This document shows positions 35,731-49,717 of a DNA stretch of 64,000 nt, piece by piece (within the stretch, counting starts at the first letter, position 1; each line of letters starts with the position of its first letter). Source of the DNA: Anaeramoeba ignava BMAN (lineage: Eukaryota > Protista > Anaeramoebae); assembly GCA_028826165.1 (NCBI GenBank), contig JAPDFW010000070.1:1240001-1304000 (forward strand), read 5' to 3'. Under the pieces are notes generated by a model. That model had not been told where the DNA came from. It ran no database searches and saw nothing but the letters and a program-made list of their open reading frames with translations. The translations under genes and the position numbers were made by a program.

Positions 35731-36350
35731 AAAAATGGGAATTATTTTGATTTATTGATTATTTTGATTTAATACTTATTTTCTATTTTTTAAAAGAATT
35801 TTATTTACCTTCTTTATTAATTAAATTGAATTTTGTTTTAAAAAAAATGATAAAAATATTTATTATTTTTTTAACAAAAATGGGAATTATTTTGATTTAT
35901 TGATTATTTTGATTTAATACTTATTTTCTATTTTTTAAAAGAATTTTATTTACCTTCTTTATTAATTAAATTGAATTTTGTTTTAAAAAAAAAACAAAAA
36001 GAATTATTATTTTTAACAAAAATGGGAATTATTCATTTTTTTATTTTGATTTAATATTTATTTTTTATTTTTTAAAAGAATTTTATTTACCTTCTTTTTT
36101 AATTAAATTGAATTTTGTTTTAAAAAAAATGATAAAAATAATTATTATTTTTTTAACAAAAATGGGAATTATTTTGATTTATTGATTATTTTGATTTAAT
36201 ACTTATTTTCTATTTTTAAAAAATTTTATTTACCTTCTTTATTAATTAAATTGAATTTTGTTTTAAAAAAAATGATAAAAATAATTATTATTTTTTTAAC
36301 AAAAATGGGAATTATTTTGATTTATTGATTATTTTGATTTAATACTTATT
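35731..36350. repeat. Intergenic tandem repeat, ~143-bp unit, about 4.3 copies
   Basis: The TGGGAATTATT anchor recurs at 35736, 35881, 36023, 36163 and 36306, with a shared TTTACCTTCTTT core. Confidence 0.9.
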
Positions 36351-36464
36351 TTTTTTTTAAAATATTTTTAAAAATTTTTAAAAATTGTTTTGATTTTAAA
36401 AAGAATTATTTTTCATTTTTTTCATTTTTTTTCTTTTTTATTTTTTCTTTTTTATAATTAAATT

Positions 36465-38672
36465 ATGGCAAGAAATCGAATAGTAAATTTACAAAATTTT
36501 CAACAACAAAGACTTTATTATCCAAATTTAGAAAATTCAAATTTTACAAATATGCAATATTCTAATGAATTTGAATATGAACCTCAAAATTCTTATCAGG
36601 AATTCTCACCTACTCATGATGGAGAGGTATTTTCAATAATAAACAATTAATCCATATTTTTTTGTTTATATTTATTTTTTTTAAAAAAAATTTTTTTTAA
36701 AAAAATTGTTTTGATTTTAAATTGAAAATTTTTAAAAGCAAATTTATGGATATGATCCAAATTATTCAGGGAGATTACCTCAAGAAATGCCTCGAATGAC
36801 ACCTCAATATCAACCACAAATACCTAATTATTCAGCTATGAGAATGAATCCTGTTCAATTATCAAATCCTCAATATCCTCAAAATTATGGAATGAAAAGA
36901 AATATACCATTAAATTATGAGGGTGTTTATTATTTAATATTTAATATTTAATATTTAATATTTAATATTTAATATTTATTATTTAATATTTTTATATTTT
37001 ATATTTTTAATATTTAATATTTAATATTTAAAATTTATTATTTTTATATTTATTATTTAATATTTATTATTTAATATTTAATATTTTTAATATTTTATTA
37101 TTTAATATTTATTAATTAATATTTATTATTTAATATTTATTAATTTATATTTATTATTAAATATTTAATATTTAATATTTATTAATTAATATTTATTATA
37201 TTTTATATTTAATATTTATTATTTAATATTTAATATTTTTAATATTTAATATTTTTTAATATTTTATATTTTTAATATTTTATATTTTATATTTAATATT
37301 TAATATTTATTATATTTAATAAAAAGAAAATGAAAGAATGCAACCAATAAATCAAAATGAATATGAAGAAACACATGATTATCGGATGATGAATACACAA
37401 AGATTCCCAAATACAAATCAACAAAACTACAATTCCCTTCAACAATATCAACAAAACACTTTTCAACAACAAATTCGAGATCCAAATACATTTGGATTCA
37501 GCGAACATACATATGAAGAACAACAAACACAACCACAACAAACAACATATCCACAATCAAACTTACTTAGGAGACAAAACATCCCACGAATACCAGTGCA
37601 CTTTGAACAACAACCCACTCATTCACAATATGAAGTTAATTATAGTAATGAATATCCCTATTATGAAGTTCAAAATTCCAAAGATTATGTCCAACAAACA
37701 GATCAATATCTCCAACAAGAATATCTAAAAACAAAGCTTAAAATGAGTCCTAATAAAACTCCCACAAACGGATTTCCTGTACAAATACAAGAAAATCCAG
37801 AAATTAAATATCAAGTGAATCAAATTCAAAATGAATCTCAATTTCAAATTTCATCTCAAAATCAATTCAAGAAAAATAGTGCAGATTTCCAAAAATTGCA
37901 ATCAAAGGATGATGTTCCACATTTAATTGAACCGCAATATCGCCAAATAAAATTTCTTGAAAATAATATGAATCAAGTTAAATTAGAAGATTCAATTGAA
38001 TTAAAAGAAGAAGTTAATATGCATGGATTATCGAAAATTATTGATTTATTAGATTCGGAAAATATAGACTTAAAAACTCTCTCAATAGGAATGGATCTCA
38101 CATCTCTAGGTCTTAATCTTGATTCACCAGAGTAAAACCAAAAAACATTTCTAATCCATTTTATTTATATTTTATTAATTAAATATTTTTTTCAAAAAAT
38201 CAAAAAATCAAAAAATCAAAAAATCTAAAAAAAATATTACTTTTTTTATTCTATAATTATAACTTTTGATCGGAAAAATTGCAGAAATATCTCGAGAACA
38301 TTCACTTCTCCTTGGGGAGAAGACCAAATTCTATACCAATTACCAGAATCTTATAAACTTGATCAAGTCGACTATGGACTTTCTCCTAAATTAATTGCTA
38401 ATTTTACAGACACAACACTTTTCTACATCTTCCATTACTCAAATAACCAGCAAGCTATTGACATGGCAACACAATCCCTGTTTAACAAAGGTTGGTATTT
38501 TAATCATAAGCTTGGGATTTGGTTGAAAAGAGCACAAAATCCAAAAACTCAAACAAATACTTTTGAAATTGGATCTTATATTTTCTTTGATTATCAAAAT
38601 TTTGAACAATTACAACAAGATAATTTCAAATTATTTTATGAAGATATTTCTTCAATGATTCACAATAAGTGA
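36465..38672 (+). CDS. CNOT2: CCR4-NOT subunit NOT2-like; exons 36465-36626, 36739-36922, 37327-38131, 38285-38672
   Basis: Q/N/Y-rich N-terminus, then LSIGMDLTSLGLNLDSPE-NISRTFTSPW...TLFYIFH...LFNKGWYFNHKLGIWL...FEIGSYIFFD (NOT-box). Confidence 0.85.
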
Positions 38673-38951
38673 TTTTCTTTATTAATTTAAAAACAAAAAC
38701 AAAAACAAAAACAAAAACAAAACAAAAATTAAAACAAAAACTAAAAAGATTATTTTCCTTTTGAATAAATTCTTTTTTCTTTTTAAAAATTATCTTCTTT
38801 TGTTGTTTGTTGTTTGTTTTTTATTTTTGTTTTTTTGAAAGAAAAAGAAAAAAAATTTCGAAAAAAAAAAGTGTCAAAAAAAAGAAAAAGAAAATTAAAT
38901 TGGATTTGATTGGATTGAAAAAAAAAAAGAAGAAGAAAAAAAAAACGGAAA

Positions 38952-39689
38952 TTAATTTTCTTTCTTAGAATTATCTTCTTGTTTGCTTTTTGCGATTCTT
39001 TTTTCTCTTCTATGTTTCAAATACAAAGTAGCAAAAGTACCCAAAATAACTTGAAAAATAGAATAAAAGCACCAAATTGAAGCCCATTCATCTTTATTCC
39101 TAGAAAGATAGTAACCAAGAACAGGACCAGTAATAAGAAGAACCAAAGTAGCAATTTTCGATCCAATCAACAAAGGAGGAACAAACATCATAAAAGCATG
39201 AATAAAAGCGCCAGGAGTGAAGTAATTAGGGGCTCTCAAAACAAGCTGCCATTTAAAATGAACTGTACCATCGAATGTGCAAGTTCTAGCGCCGCATAAG
39301 GGATCCAAATTGGTGTCACAAGGAAAAGGCGAAGTCCATAAAAATCGAGTGAACATGAATGTTCCGCTGATGATACACATCGGCAGGATCAGCTTGCTGT
39401 AAAAGGGTCTGCGTCTTTGGGTGTCGTAAGAGGCGAGGATGTTCGAAAAAAGTGGTTGGAATGAAATGTGAAGATATCCTATCCAAGTTAGATATATATT
39501 CACTTGCGAATTGCAATCGTTCACCCAATAATACTGGAAGAATTGTAGGATCTCCATTGCTGTGAAATAATCTGATGGATATACTAATCTCCATATGTCT
39601 TTGTCTTTTCTGTACCGAATTCGTAAATATATTGATAATATTATCCCAATAACTGATAATACTAATGAAATTGGTTGTGAGAAACACAT
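38952..39689 (-). CDS. Multi-pass membrane protein of the DUF5765 family, intronless
   Basis: MCFS...YFTAMEILQFFQY...C...N..LT.IGYLHISFQP...LCG..TCT..G..H..W...EWASIWCF motif set. Confidence 0.75.
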   Translation of the reverse strand: MCFSQPISLVLSVIGIILSIYLRIRYRKDKDIWRLVYPSDYFTAMEILQFFQYYWVNDCNSQVNIYLTWIGYLHISFQPLFSNILASYDTQRRRPFYSKLILPMCIISGTFMFTRFLWTSPFPCDTNLDPLCGARTCTFDGTVHFKWQLVLRAPNYFTPGAFIHAFMMFVPPLLIGSKIATLVLLITGPVLGYYLSRNKDEWASIWCFYSIFQVILGTFATLYLKHRREKRIAKSKQEDNSKKEN

Positions 39690-40105
39690 CTTTTTAATTT
39701 AGATATTCAAAAATAAAATTTTTTATTATTGATGAATTGGAAAAATGAAAATTGAAAAAATGAAAAATGAAAAAATGAAAAAAAATTTTTTTTCTTCTTT
39801 CAGTTTATTTAAAAAAAAAAAAACAAAACAAAACAAAACAAAACAAGAAGAAGAATAATTTAAAAAAAAATTAAATTCTTCTTCTAAATTTGAAATTGAA
39901 ATAGATTTAGATTTGGATTTGGGAATTGATTTAGATTTGGAAATTGAAATTGAAATAGATTTATATTTAGATTTGGATTTGGGAATTGATTTAGATTTAG
40001 AAATTGAAATAGATTTAAATTGATTTATATTTAGATTTAGAAATTAAAATTGATTTATATTTAGATTTAGATTTGGATTTAGATTTGGAAATTGAAATTT
40101 CAATT

Positions 40106-42031
40106 TTATTCTATATCTGTTTTTTCATGTCCAACTGGAATATCAACTGAATCACACCAAGATTTAATTGGAAGACAAGTTATATATTTACAAAATTTAC
40201 AGGAAGATAAAGCATTAGCATTTTTAAAAAAAAGATAAAATCCAACTCCAAAATAAGTTCCTAAAAATAAAAAACTAATTAAAACTAAAATTCCTCTTGA
40301 TTTTCTTAATCGAATATTTGGTAATAAAATCAATCCAGAAAAAGTGCCAGTTAAAAACCCACCTTTTAAATTAGAATTAAAATTAAAATCAAATAAAAAA
40401 TTAAAATTAAAATTAAAATTAAAATTAAAATTAAAATCAAAATTTAAAATTAGAATTAAAATTAAAATTAAAATTAAAATTTAAATTAAAAATTAAAATT
40501 AAAATTAAAATTAAAATCGGATAAAAATTAAAATCGGATAAAAAATTAAAATTAAATTATTTACCTAAATGTGCGAAATTATCAACAGATGGAAGTAAAC
40601 CAGTTCCAAAAGAAATTATAATTACCAAAATCATTTTAAATAAAGTTAAACGAGGACTTTCAATTTCTTTCCAACTATGAAATAAATCACAAAACAAAAC
40701 AGCAAATATACCATATAAAGAACCTGAAGGACCAACTTGAAGCATATATGGAAGAAAAACAGTACTTGCAAGAACTCCTCCAATTCCTGATACAAAATAT
40801 ATTATTATTGTTCTTATAATTCCAAATGTAGTTTCTAATTGTTTCCCTCCTTTCCATTGAAAAAATAAATTCATCAATAAATGTAGTATTCCAACATGTA
40901 GAAAAATTGGTGTAACAAATCTATAATATTGTCCATCTTTCATTTTAGGTTCATCTATTTTGATTTAGATTTAGATTTAGATTTTGATTTTGATTTTGAT
41001 TTAGATTTTGATTTAGATTTTGATTTTAATTTTGATTTTAATTTCAATTTTGATTTTAATTTTGATTTTAATTTTGATTTTGATTTTGATTTTAATTTAT
41101 ATTTTGATTTTGATTTTGATTTTCAATTTTAATTTTAATTTAGATTTAGATTTTAATTTTGATTTTAATTTTGATTTTAATTTTGATTTTAATTTCAATT
41201 TTGATTTTAATTTTGATTTTGATTTAGATTTTGATTTTAATTTTGATTTATATTTTGATTTTAATTTTGATTTTTATTTTGATTTTGATTTTGATTTTGA
41301 TTTTGATTTTGATTTAGATTTTGATTTTGATTTTGATTTAGATTTTGATTTTAATTTTGATTTTGATTTTGATTTTGATTTTGATTTTGATTTAGATTTT
41401 GATTTTTATTTTGATTTTGATTTTGATTTTGATTTTGATTTTGATTTATATTTTGATTTAGATTTTGATTTTGATTTTGATTTATATATAAAATTTGGAT
41501 TGATCATTTATTTAATATTGGATTAATGAATATTTGGATTGATAAAAAATATGAAAATAAACTACATTTAGCACCTAAATCAATAAGAACAGAAACAGAA
41601 GGACCAAACCAAGGATTAACAGAAAAAGATTGAAAACCTTTATTTTTAATAATTTCAACACATAACATAATAATATGAACGATTGAAATAAAGATAATAA
41701 ACCAAGGGCGACGAATAACAGGTTCTTCATATAAAATTTGAGTTTTTGGACGAGGTTGACTGTCTTCAGAATCCATTTCTGGAACATCAACTGAAACATC
41801 TGTTTCATTTTCTGTTATTGTTGTTGGATTCACTAAATCTTCTGCTAAAAATTCAAGTGAAATATCTTCTTGATGATTTATTATCGATCTTGCTTTCTGA
41901 AAACTCGTAAATTTATCCCATTCTTGATTAAATGTTTTTTGTTTGTTTTTTGATAAAATTCCAAGTGTTCCAAGTATCGAATTCGAAAAACTTCTTTCAC
42001 TTTTTTCTTTTGAATTTTTTTTGTTTGCCAT
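40106..42031 (-). CDS. Rhomboid-family protein with GPSG motif; exons 42031-41566, 40954-40565, 40362-40106
   Basis: NPWFGPS..LIDLGAK-YEPKMKDGQYYRFVTPIFLHVGILHL..N; QVGPSG; DNFAHL-GGF; C-terminal CKFCKYITCLP..WC. Confidence 0.9.
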
Positions 42032-42149
42032 ATTTAATGAAAAAAGAAAAAGAAAAAAGAAAAAAATGAAAAAAAAATTTTTTTATTTTTGATTTATTTT
42101 TGATTTATTTTTGATTTATTTTTGCTGACAGATCAAAATTTTTTTAAAG

Positions 42150-45100
42150 ATTGATTAAATATTAATTAAATATTGATCAAATATTAATTAAATATTAATT
42201 AAATATTGATCAAATATTGATTAAATATTAATTAAATATTAATTAAATATTAATTAAATATTAAATATTAATTAAATATTGATTAAATATTGATTAAATA
42301 TTGATTAAATATTGATTAAATATTGATTAAATATTAATTAAATATTGATTAAATATTAATTAAATATTAATTAAATATTGATTAAATATTAATTAAATAT
42401 TGATTAAATATTAATTAAATATTTAAATATTAATTAAATATTATTGATTAAATATTGATTTAATTAAATATTAATTAAATATTAATTAAATATTAATTAA
42501 ATATTAATTAAATAATTAATTAAATATTAATTAAAATATTAATTAAAAGAATTAAATATTTAATTAAATATTAATTAAATATTAATTAAATATTGATTAA
42601 ATATTAATTAAATATTAATTAAATATTAATTAAATATTGATTAAATATTAATTAAATATTAATTAAATATTAATTAAATATTGATTAAAATATTGATTAA
42701 ATATTGATTAAAATATTAATTAAATATTTTGATTAAATATTAATTAAATATTAATTAAATATTAAAATATTGATTAAATATTAATTAAAAAATTAAATAT
42801 TGATTAAATATTAATTAAATAATTAAATATTGATTAAATATAATTAAATATTGATAAAATATTAAATTAAATATTGATTAAATATTGATTAAATATTGAA
42901 AATACCAATTAAATATTAATTAAATATTGATTAAATATTGAAATATTGATTAAATATTGATTAAATATTGATTAAAAATATTGATTAAATATTGATTAAA
43001 TATTAATTAAATAAATATTAATTTAAATATTGATTAAATAATACAAAATATTGACAAATATTGATTAAAATACCAATATATTAAATATTAATTCAAAATA
43101 TTTTAAAATTTAAATATTAATTAAATATTGACCAAATATTTATTAAATATTAATTAAATATTGATTAAATATTAATTAAATATTTAAAAATATTATTAAA
43201 TATTGATTAAATATTGATTAAAATATTACAAAAAATATTGAAAATATTATTAAATATTTAATTAAATATTGATTAAAATATTAATTAAATATTACAAATA
43301 TTAATTAAATATTGATTAAATATTAATTAATTAAAATACAATTAAAATATTGATTAAATATTGACAAATATTGATTAAAATATTAATTAAATATTGATTC
43401 AAATATTGAAAAAATATTGATTAAATATTGATTAAATATTGATTTAAATATTAATTAAATATTGAAAATATTACCAAATATTAAATATTAAAAATATAAA
43501 TATTTAATTAAATATTGATTAAATATTGATTAAATATTAATTAAATATTGATTAAATATTAATTAAATATTATTAAATATAAATTAAATATTATTCAAAT
43601 ATTAATTAAATATTGATTAAATATTACAAATATTAAATATTGATTAAATATTGATTAAATATTGATTAAATATTAATGATTAAATATTAATTAAATATTA
43701 ATTAAATATTGATTAAATATTAATTAAATATTGATTAAATATTGATTAAATATTGATTAAATATTAAATTAAATATTGATTAAATATTGATTAAATATTG
43801 ACAAATATTAAATATTGATTAAAATATTAATTAAATATTAATTAAATATTAAATCAAATATTGATTAAATATTTATTAAATATTGATTAAATATTGATTA
43901 AATATTAATTAAATATTGATTAAATATTGGTAAATATTAAAATTAAATATTGATTAAATATTGATTAAATATTGATTTAAAATTGATTAAAATATTAATT
44001 AAATATTGATTAAATATTGATTAAATATTAATTAAATATTGATTAAATATTAATTAAATATTGATCAAATATTGATTAAAAATTGGTAAATATTAAATAT
44101 TAATTAAATATTGATTAAATATTGATTAAAATTGATTAAATATTAATTAAATATTGACAAATATTGATTAAATATTAATTAAATATTGATTAAATATTAA
44201 ATATAATTAAATATTGATTAAATATTGATTAAATATTGATTAAATATTAATTAAATATTGGTAAATATTGAATTAAAAATAATTAAATATTGATTAAATA
44301 TTGATTAAATATTAATTAAATATTGATTAAAATATTGATTAAATATTGACCAAATATTGATTAAATATTGATTAAATATTGATTAAATATTAATTATTAA
44401 ATATTAATTAAATATTGATTAAATATTTTAAATATTGATTAAATATTAATTAAATACAAATAAATTATTAAATATTAATTAAATATTGATTAAATATTTA
44501 CAAATATTGAATTAAATATTATTAAATATTAATTAAATAATTAAATATTGATTAAATATTAATTAAATATTATTAAATATTGACATTAAATATTAACAAA
44601 ATTAATTAAATATTGATTAAATATTGATTAAATATTAATTAAATATTATTAAAATATTGGTAAATATTAATTAAAATATTAATTAAATACCAAATTTAAA
44701 TATTAATTAAATATTGATCAAAATATTAATTAAATATTGATTAAATATTGATTAAATATTAAATATTAAATATTACCAAATATTAATTAAATATTGATTA
44801 AATATTGATTAAATATTAATTAAATATTATTTAAATATTGGTAAATATTAATTAAATATTAATTAAATATTTAAATAAAATATAAAGATTAAATAAATAT
44901 TAAATATTATTAAATATTAATTAAATATTGATTAAAATATTATTGATTAAATATTGGTAAATATTAATTAAATATTGGTAAATACCAAATATTAAATATT
45001 AATTAAAAATATTAATTAATTCAAATATTACCAAATAAATTAAATATTGATTAAATATTACCAAATAATTATTAAATATTAATAAAAATATTAAATATTA

Positions 45101-48100
45101 ATTAAATATTGATTAAATATTAATTAAATATTGGTAAATATTGATTAAATAAATTAAATATTGGTAAATAAATATTGTAAATATTACCATTAAATATTGT
45201 AAATATTAATTAAATATTGATTAAAATATTGATTAAATATTAATTAAATATGGATTAAATATTGATTAAATATTAATTAAAATATTAATTAAATATTAAT
45301 TTAAATATTGATTAAATATTAATTAAATATTAATTAAATATTGGTCAAATATTAATTAAATATTAATTAAATAAATTAATTATTAAATATTAATTAAATA
45401 TTAATTAAATATTAATTAAATATTAATTAAATATTGATTAAATATTGATTAAATATTGGTAAATTAAAATTTAAATATTATTAAATATTATTAAATATTG
45501 ATTAAATATTAATTAAATATTAATTAAATATATTAATTTAAATATTGGTAAATATTTAAAAATATTGGTAAATATTAATTAAATATTGATTAAATATTAA
45601 TTAAATATTGGTAAATATTAATTAAAATATTAAATATTGATAAAAATATTGATTTAAATATTAATTAAAAATATTGATTAAATATTAATTAAATATTGAA
45701 AATTAAATATTAATTAAATATTAATTAAAAATATTGGTAAATATTGATTAAATATTAATTAAATATTTAATTAAATATTGGTTAAATATTGGTAAATATT
45801 AAATATTAATTAAATATTAATTAAAATATTGGATTAAATATTGATTAAATATTTTAAATAATATTAATTAAATATTAATTAAATATTGATTAAAATATTA
45901 ATTAAATATTGATTAAATATTAATTTAAATATTGGTAAATATTAATTTAAATATTATTAATTAAATATTAATTAAAATTGATTAAATATTGGTAAATATT
46001 GATTAAATATTATTAAAATATTAATATAAATATTAATTAAATATTAATTAAATATTAAAATATTGATTAAATATTGGTAAATAATTAAATATTAATTAAA
46101 TATTAATTAAATATTATTAAATATTGATTTAAATATTGATTAAATATTAATTAAATATTAATTAAAATATTAAATATTGACAAATATTAATTAAATATTG
46201 ATTAAATATTTTGATTAAATATTAATTAAATATTGGTAAATATTGATTAAATATTAATTAAATATTACCAAATTTAAATATTGATTAAATATTGGTAAAT
46301 ATTGGTAAATATTGATTAAATATTGGTAAATATTGGTAAATATTAATTAAATATTGATTAAATATTAATTAAAATTGACAAATATTGGTAAAATATTGAC
46401 AAAATATTGATTAAATATTGGTAAATATTGATTAAATTATTTAAATATTGGTAAATATTAATTAAATATTGATTAAATATTTAAATATTATTAAATATTG
46501 ATTAAATATTAATTAAATATTATTAAAATATTGGTAAATATTGGTAAATATTAATTAAATATTGATTAAATATTTAAATATTATTAAATATTGATTAAAT
46601 ATTAATTAAATATTATTAAAATATTGGTAAATATTGGTAAATATTAATTAAATATTGATTAAATATTGATTAAATATTAATTAAATATTGATTAAATATT
46701 AATTAAAATATTAAATTAAATATTTAAATATTAATTAAATATTGATTAAAATGTAATTGATTAAATAAATATTGATTAAATATTAATTAAATATTGATTA
46801 AATATTGAAATATTAATTAAATATTGATTAAATAAAATATTGATTAAATATTGATTAAATATTGACAAATTTAAATATTGATTAAATATTGATTAAATAT
46901 TAATTAAATAAATAAATATTGGTAAATATGGTAAATATTGATTAAATATTGATTAAATATTATTAAAATGATATTGGTAAATATTAAAAATTGTTAATTA
47001 AATATTATAAAATATTAAATATTAATTAAATATTGATTAAATTTATTGGTAAATATTGATTAAATATTAATTAAATATTAAATATTTAAATATTGATAAA
47101 TATTAAATAATTAAATATTGATTAAATATTAAAATATTAAATATTGATTAAATATTGATTAAAATATTGGTAAATATTGGTAAATATTTAAATATTGATT
47201 AAATATTGATTAAATATTAATTAAATATTGATTAAAATATTATTAAATATTAAATAAATAAATATTGGTAAATATTAATTAAATATTAATTAAATAATTA
47301 AATATTAATTAAATATTGGTAAATATTTAAATAACCAAATTAAAATTAAATATTGGTAAATATTGATTAAATATTGATTAAATATTGATTAAATATTGAT
47401 TAAATATTGATTAAATATTAATTAAATATTGATTAAATATTGGTAAATATTAAATAAATATTAATTAAATATTATTAAAAATATAAATATTAAATATTGG
47501 TTAAATATTAAAATTATTAAATATTAATTAAATAATAAATGATTTAAATATTGGTAAATATTAATTAAATATTGATTAAATATTAATTAAATATTATTAA
47601 AATATTAATTAAATATTAATTAAATATTGGTAAATATTGATTAAATATTAATTAAATATTAAACACCAAATATTGATTAAATATTAATTAAATATTGGTA
47701 AATATTGGTAAAAATTAAATATTACAAAATTAAATATTGATTAAATATTAATTAAATATTGATTAAATATTGATTAAATATTAATTAAATATTAATTAAA
47801 TATTATTAAATATTGATTAAATATTGATTAAATATTAATTAAATATTGATTAAAATATTGGTAAATATTAAATAAATATTAAATATTGATTAAATATTGA
47901 TTAAATATTATTAAACAAAATATTAAAATATTTAAATATTGATAAAATATTGATTAAAATATAAATAATTAAATATTGATTAAATATTGATTAAATATTA
48001 ATTAAATATTGATTAAAATATTAAATATTGAGTTAAAATTAATTAAATATTAATTAAATATTTAAATATTGATTAAATATTGATTAAATATTGATTAAAT

Positions 48101-48680
48101 ATTGGTAAATATTAATTAAATATTAATTAAATATTAAATAAATATTGATTAAATATTGATTAAATATTAATTAAATATTGGTAAAATTAAAATATGGTAA
48201 AATTAAATATTAAATAAATATTACCAAAATATAAATAAATATTAAATATTGATTTAAATATTATTAAATATTAATATTAATTAAAATATTAATTAAATAT
48301 TAATTAAATATTGATTAAATATTGATTAAATATTAATTAAATATTAATTAAATATTAATTAAATATTGGTAAATATTGATTAAATATACAATTAAATATT
48401 GATTAAATATTGATTAAATATTAATTAAATATTAATTAAATATTAATTAAATATTGATTAAATATTAATTAAATATTAATTAAATATTAATTAAATATTG
48501 ATTAAATATTAATTAAATATTGATTAAATATTAATTAAATATTAATTAAATATTAATTAAATATTAATTAAATATTAATTAAATATTGATTAAATATTGA
48601 TTAAATATTAAATATTAATTAAATATTAATTAAATATTAATTAAATATTAATTAAATATTGATTAAATATTGATTAAATA
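42150..48680. repeat. ~6.5-kb satellite with 11-bp unit AAATATT(A/G)ATT and an AAATATTGGT variant
   Basis: Period 11 is directly visible (e.g. 42301-42330). No ORFs; almost no C. Confidence 0.95.
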
Positions 48681-48730
48681 ATAAAAGATCCAAAAAGAAG
48701 TTTTCATTTTTCACAATTAAAAAAAAAAGA

Positions 48731-49585
48731 ATGGAAATAAAAAATCCCATTTTATCTTGTATTGAAAGTAAATATGCATTATATAAACATAAATTAATGT
48801 GTATCCCAACAGAATCACAATTATTTGAAGATGGACCTTTAAATTTTATATTTCGAATTTTAGAATCACAAAAACAAAAACCAAACGCACTTCACAACAA
48901 CAAAAAAGAGAAACAAAAAAACCCATTTGAACCACCATTTGAAGAACATCTTTATATTTGCGAATTAAAAAACCACCACTTATTATTTAATCCGTTTTGC
49001 ATTTCGGAAAAACATTTATTAATTGTAACAAAAAAATTTGAAAAACAAGAAACATTAATTGCAAAAAAAGATTTTGAAGCGGCTTTAGAATGTATTAACG
49101 CTGTGAAATCACTTTGTTTTTATAATTCTGGAATAAATTCTGGAGCAAGTCAACCTCATAGACATTTTCAATTAATTCCTATTGATGATTCCAAATTTAA
49201 TTATATTCCACTTGAAAAATTAATTTTTTCCAAAGAAAGAAAAAAAGAAGAAATTATTCAATTAGAAGAACTTGGATTCATTAATTCTTGTTTTATTTTT
49301 GATTTTGATAAAAATTTCCTTTCTGTTGATCATGTTTTTGATTCTTATCAAAAAATTGTTGATAAACTTGATTTGAATGAAAAAACTTCTTATAATTTAT
49401 TATTAACAAAAAAATGGATTTTTGTTGTTCCTCGTTCTAAAGAGTCTTTTGATAATATTGGTGTTAATTCAATGGGTTATGTTGGCTCTTTTTTTTTCAA
49501 AACTCAAGATGATTTAAAAAAAGCAATTAAAAATGGTCCACTTTTTATTCTTCAAAATTTAGGATTTCCAATTGAAAAAAAATAA
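48731..49585 (+). CDS. ATP adenylyltransferase / Ap4A phosphorylase (APA1/APA2 family, HIT-like)
   Basis: NPFEPP, HLLIVT, FYNSG..SGASQPHRHFQ (HxHxQ), YNLLLTKKWIFVVPR, GVNSMGYVG. Confidence 0.92.
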   Translation: MEIKNPILSCIESKYALYKHKLMCIPTESQLFEDGPLNFIFRILESQKQKPNALHNNKKEKQKNPFEPPFEEHLYICELKNHHLLFNPFCISEKHLLIVTKKFEKQETLIAKKDFEAALECINAVKSLCFYNSGINSGASQPHRHFQLIPIDDSKFNYIPLEKLIFSKERKKEEIIQLEELGFINSCFIFDFDKNFLSVDHVFDSYQKIVDKLDLNEKTSYNLLLTKKWIFVVPRSKESFDNIGVNSMGYVGSFFFKTQDDLKKAIKNGPLFILQNLGFPIEKK

Positions 49586-49717
49586 ATTCAATTTAAATTT
49601 AAAATTAAAATTTAAAATTTAAAATTAAAAAGAATGTTCATGTCAAATTTTCTTTAAAATTTTCTTTATTTTTAATTTTTTTAATTTTCATTTTTTTCTT
49701 TTCAAAAAAAAATTTTT

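Noticed and set aside
42150-48680. CRISPR array or telomeric repeat
   Set aside because: No unique spacers, eukaryotic context, internal location and no G-rich telomere-type unit.
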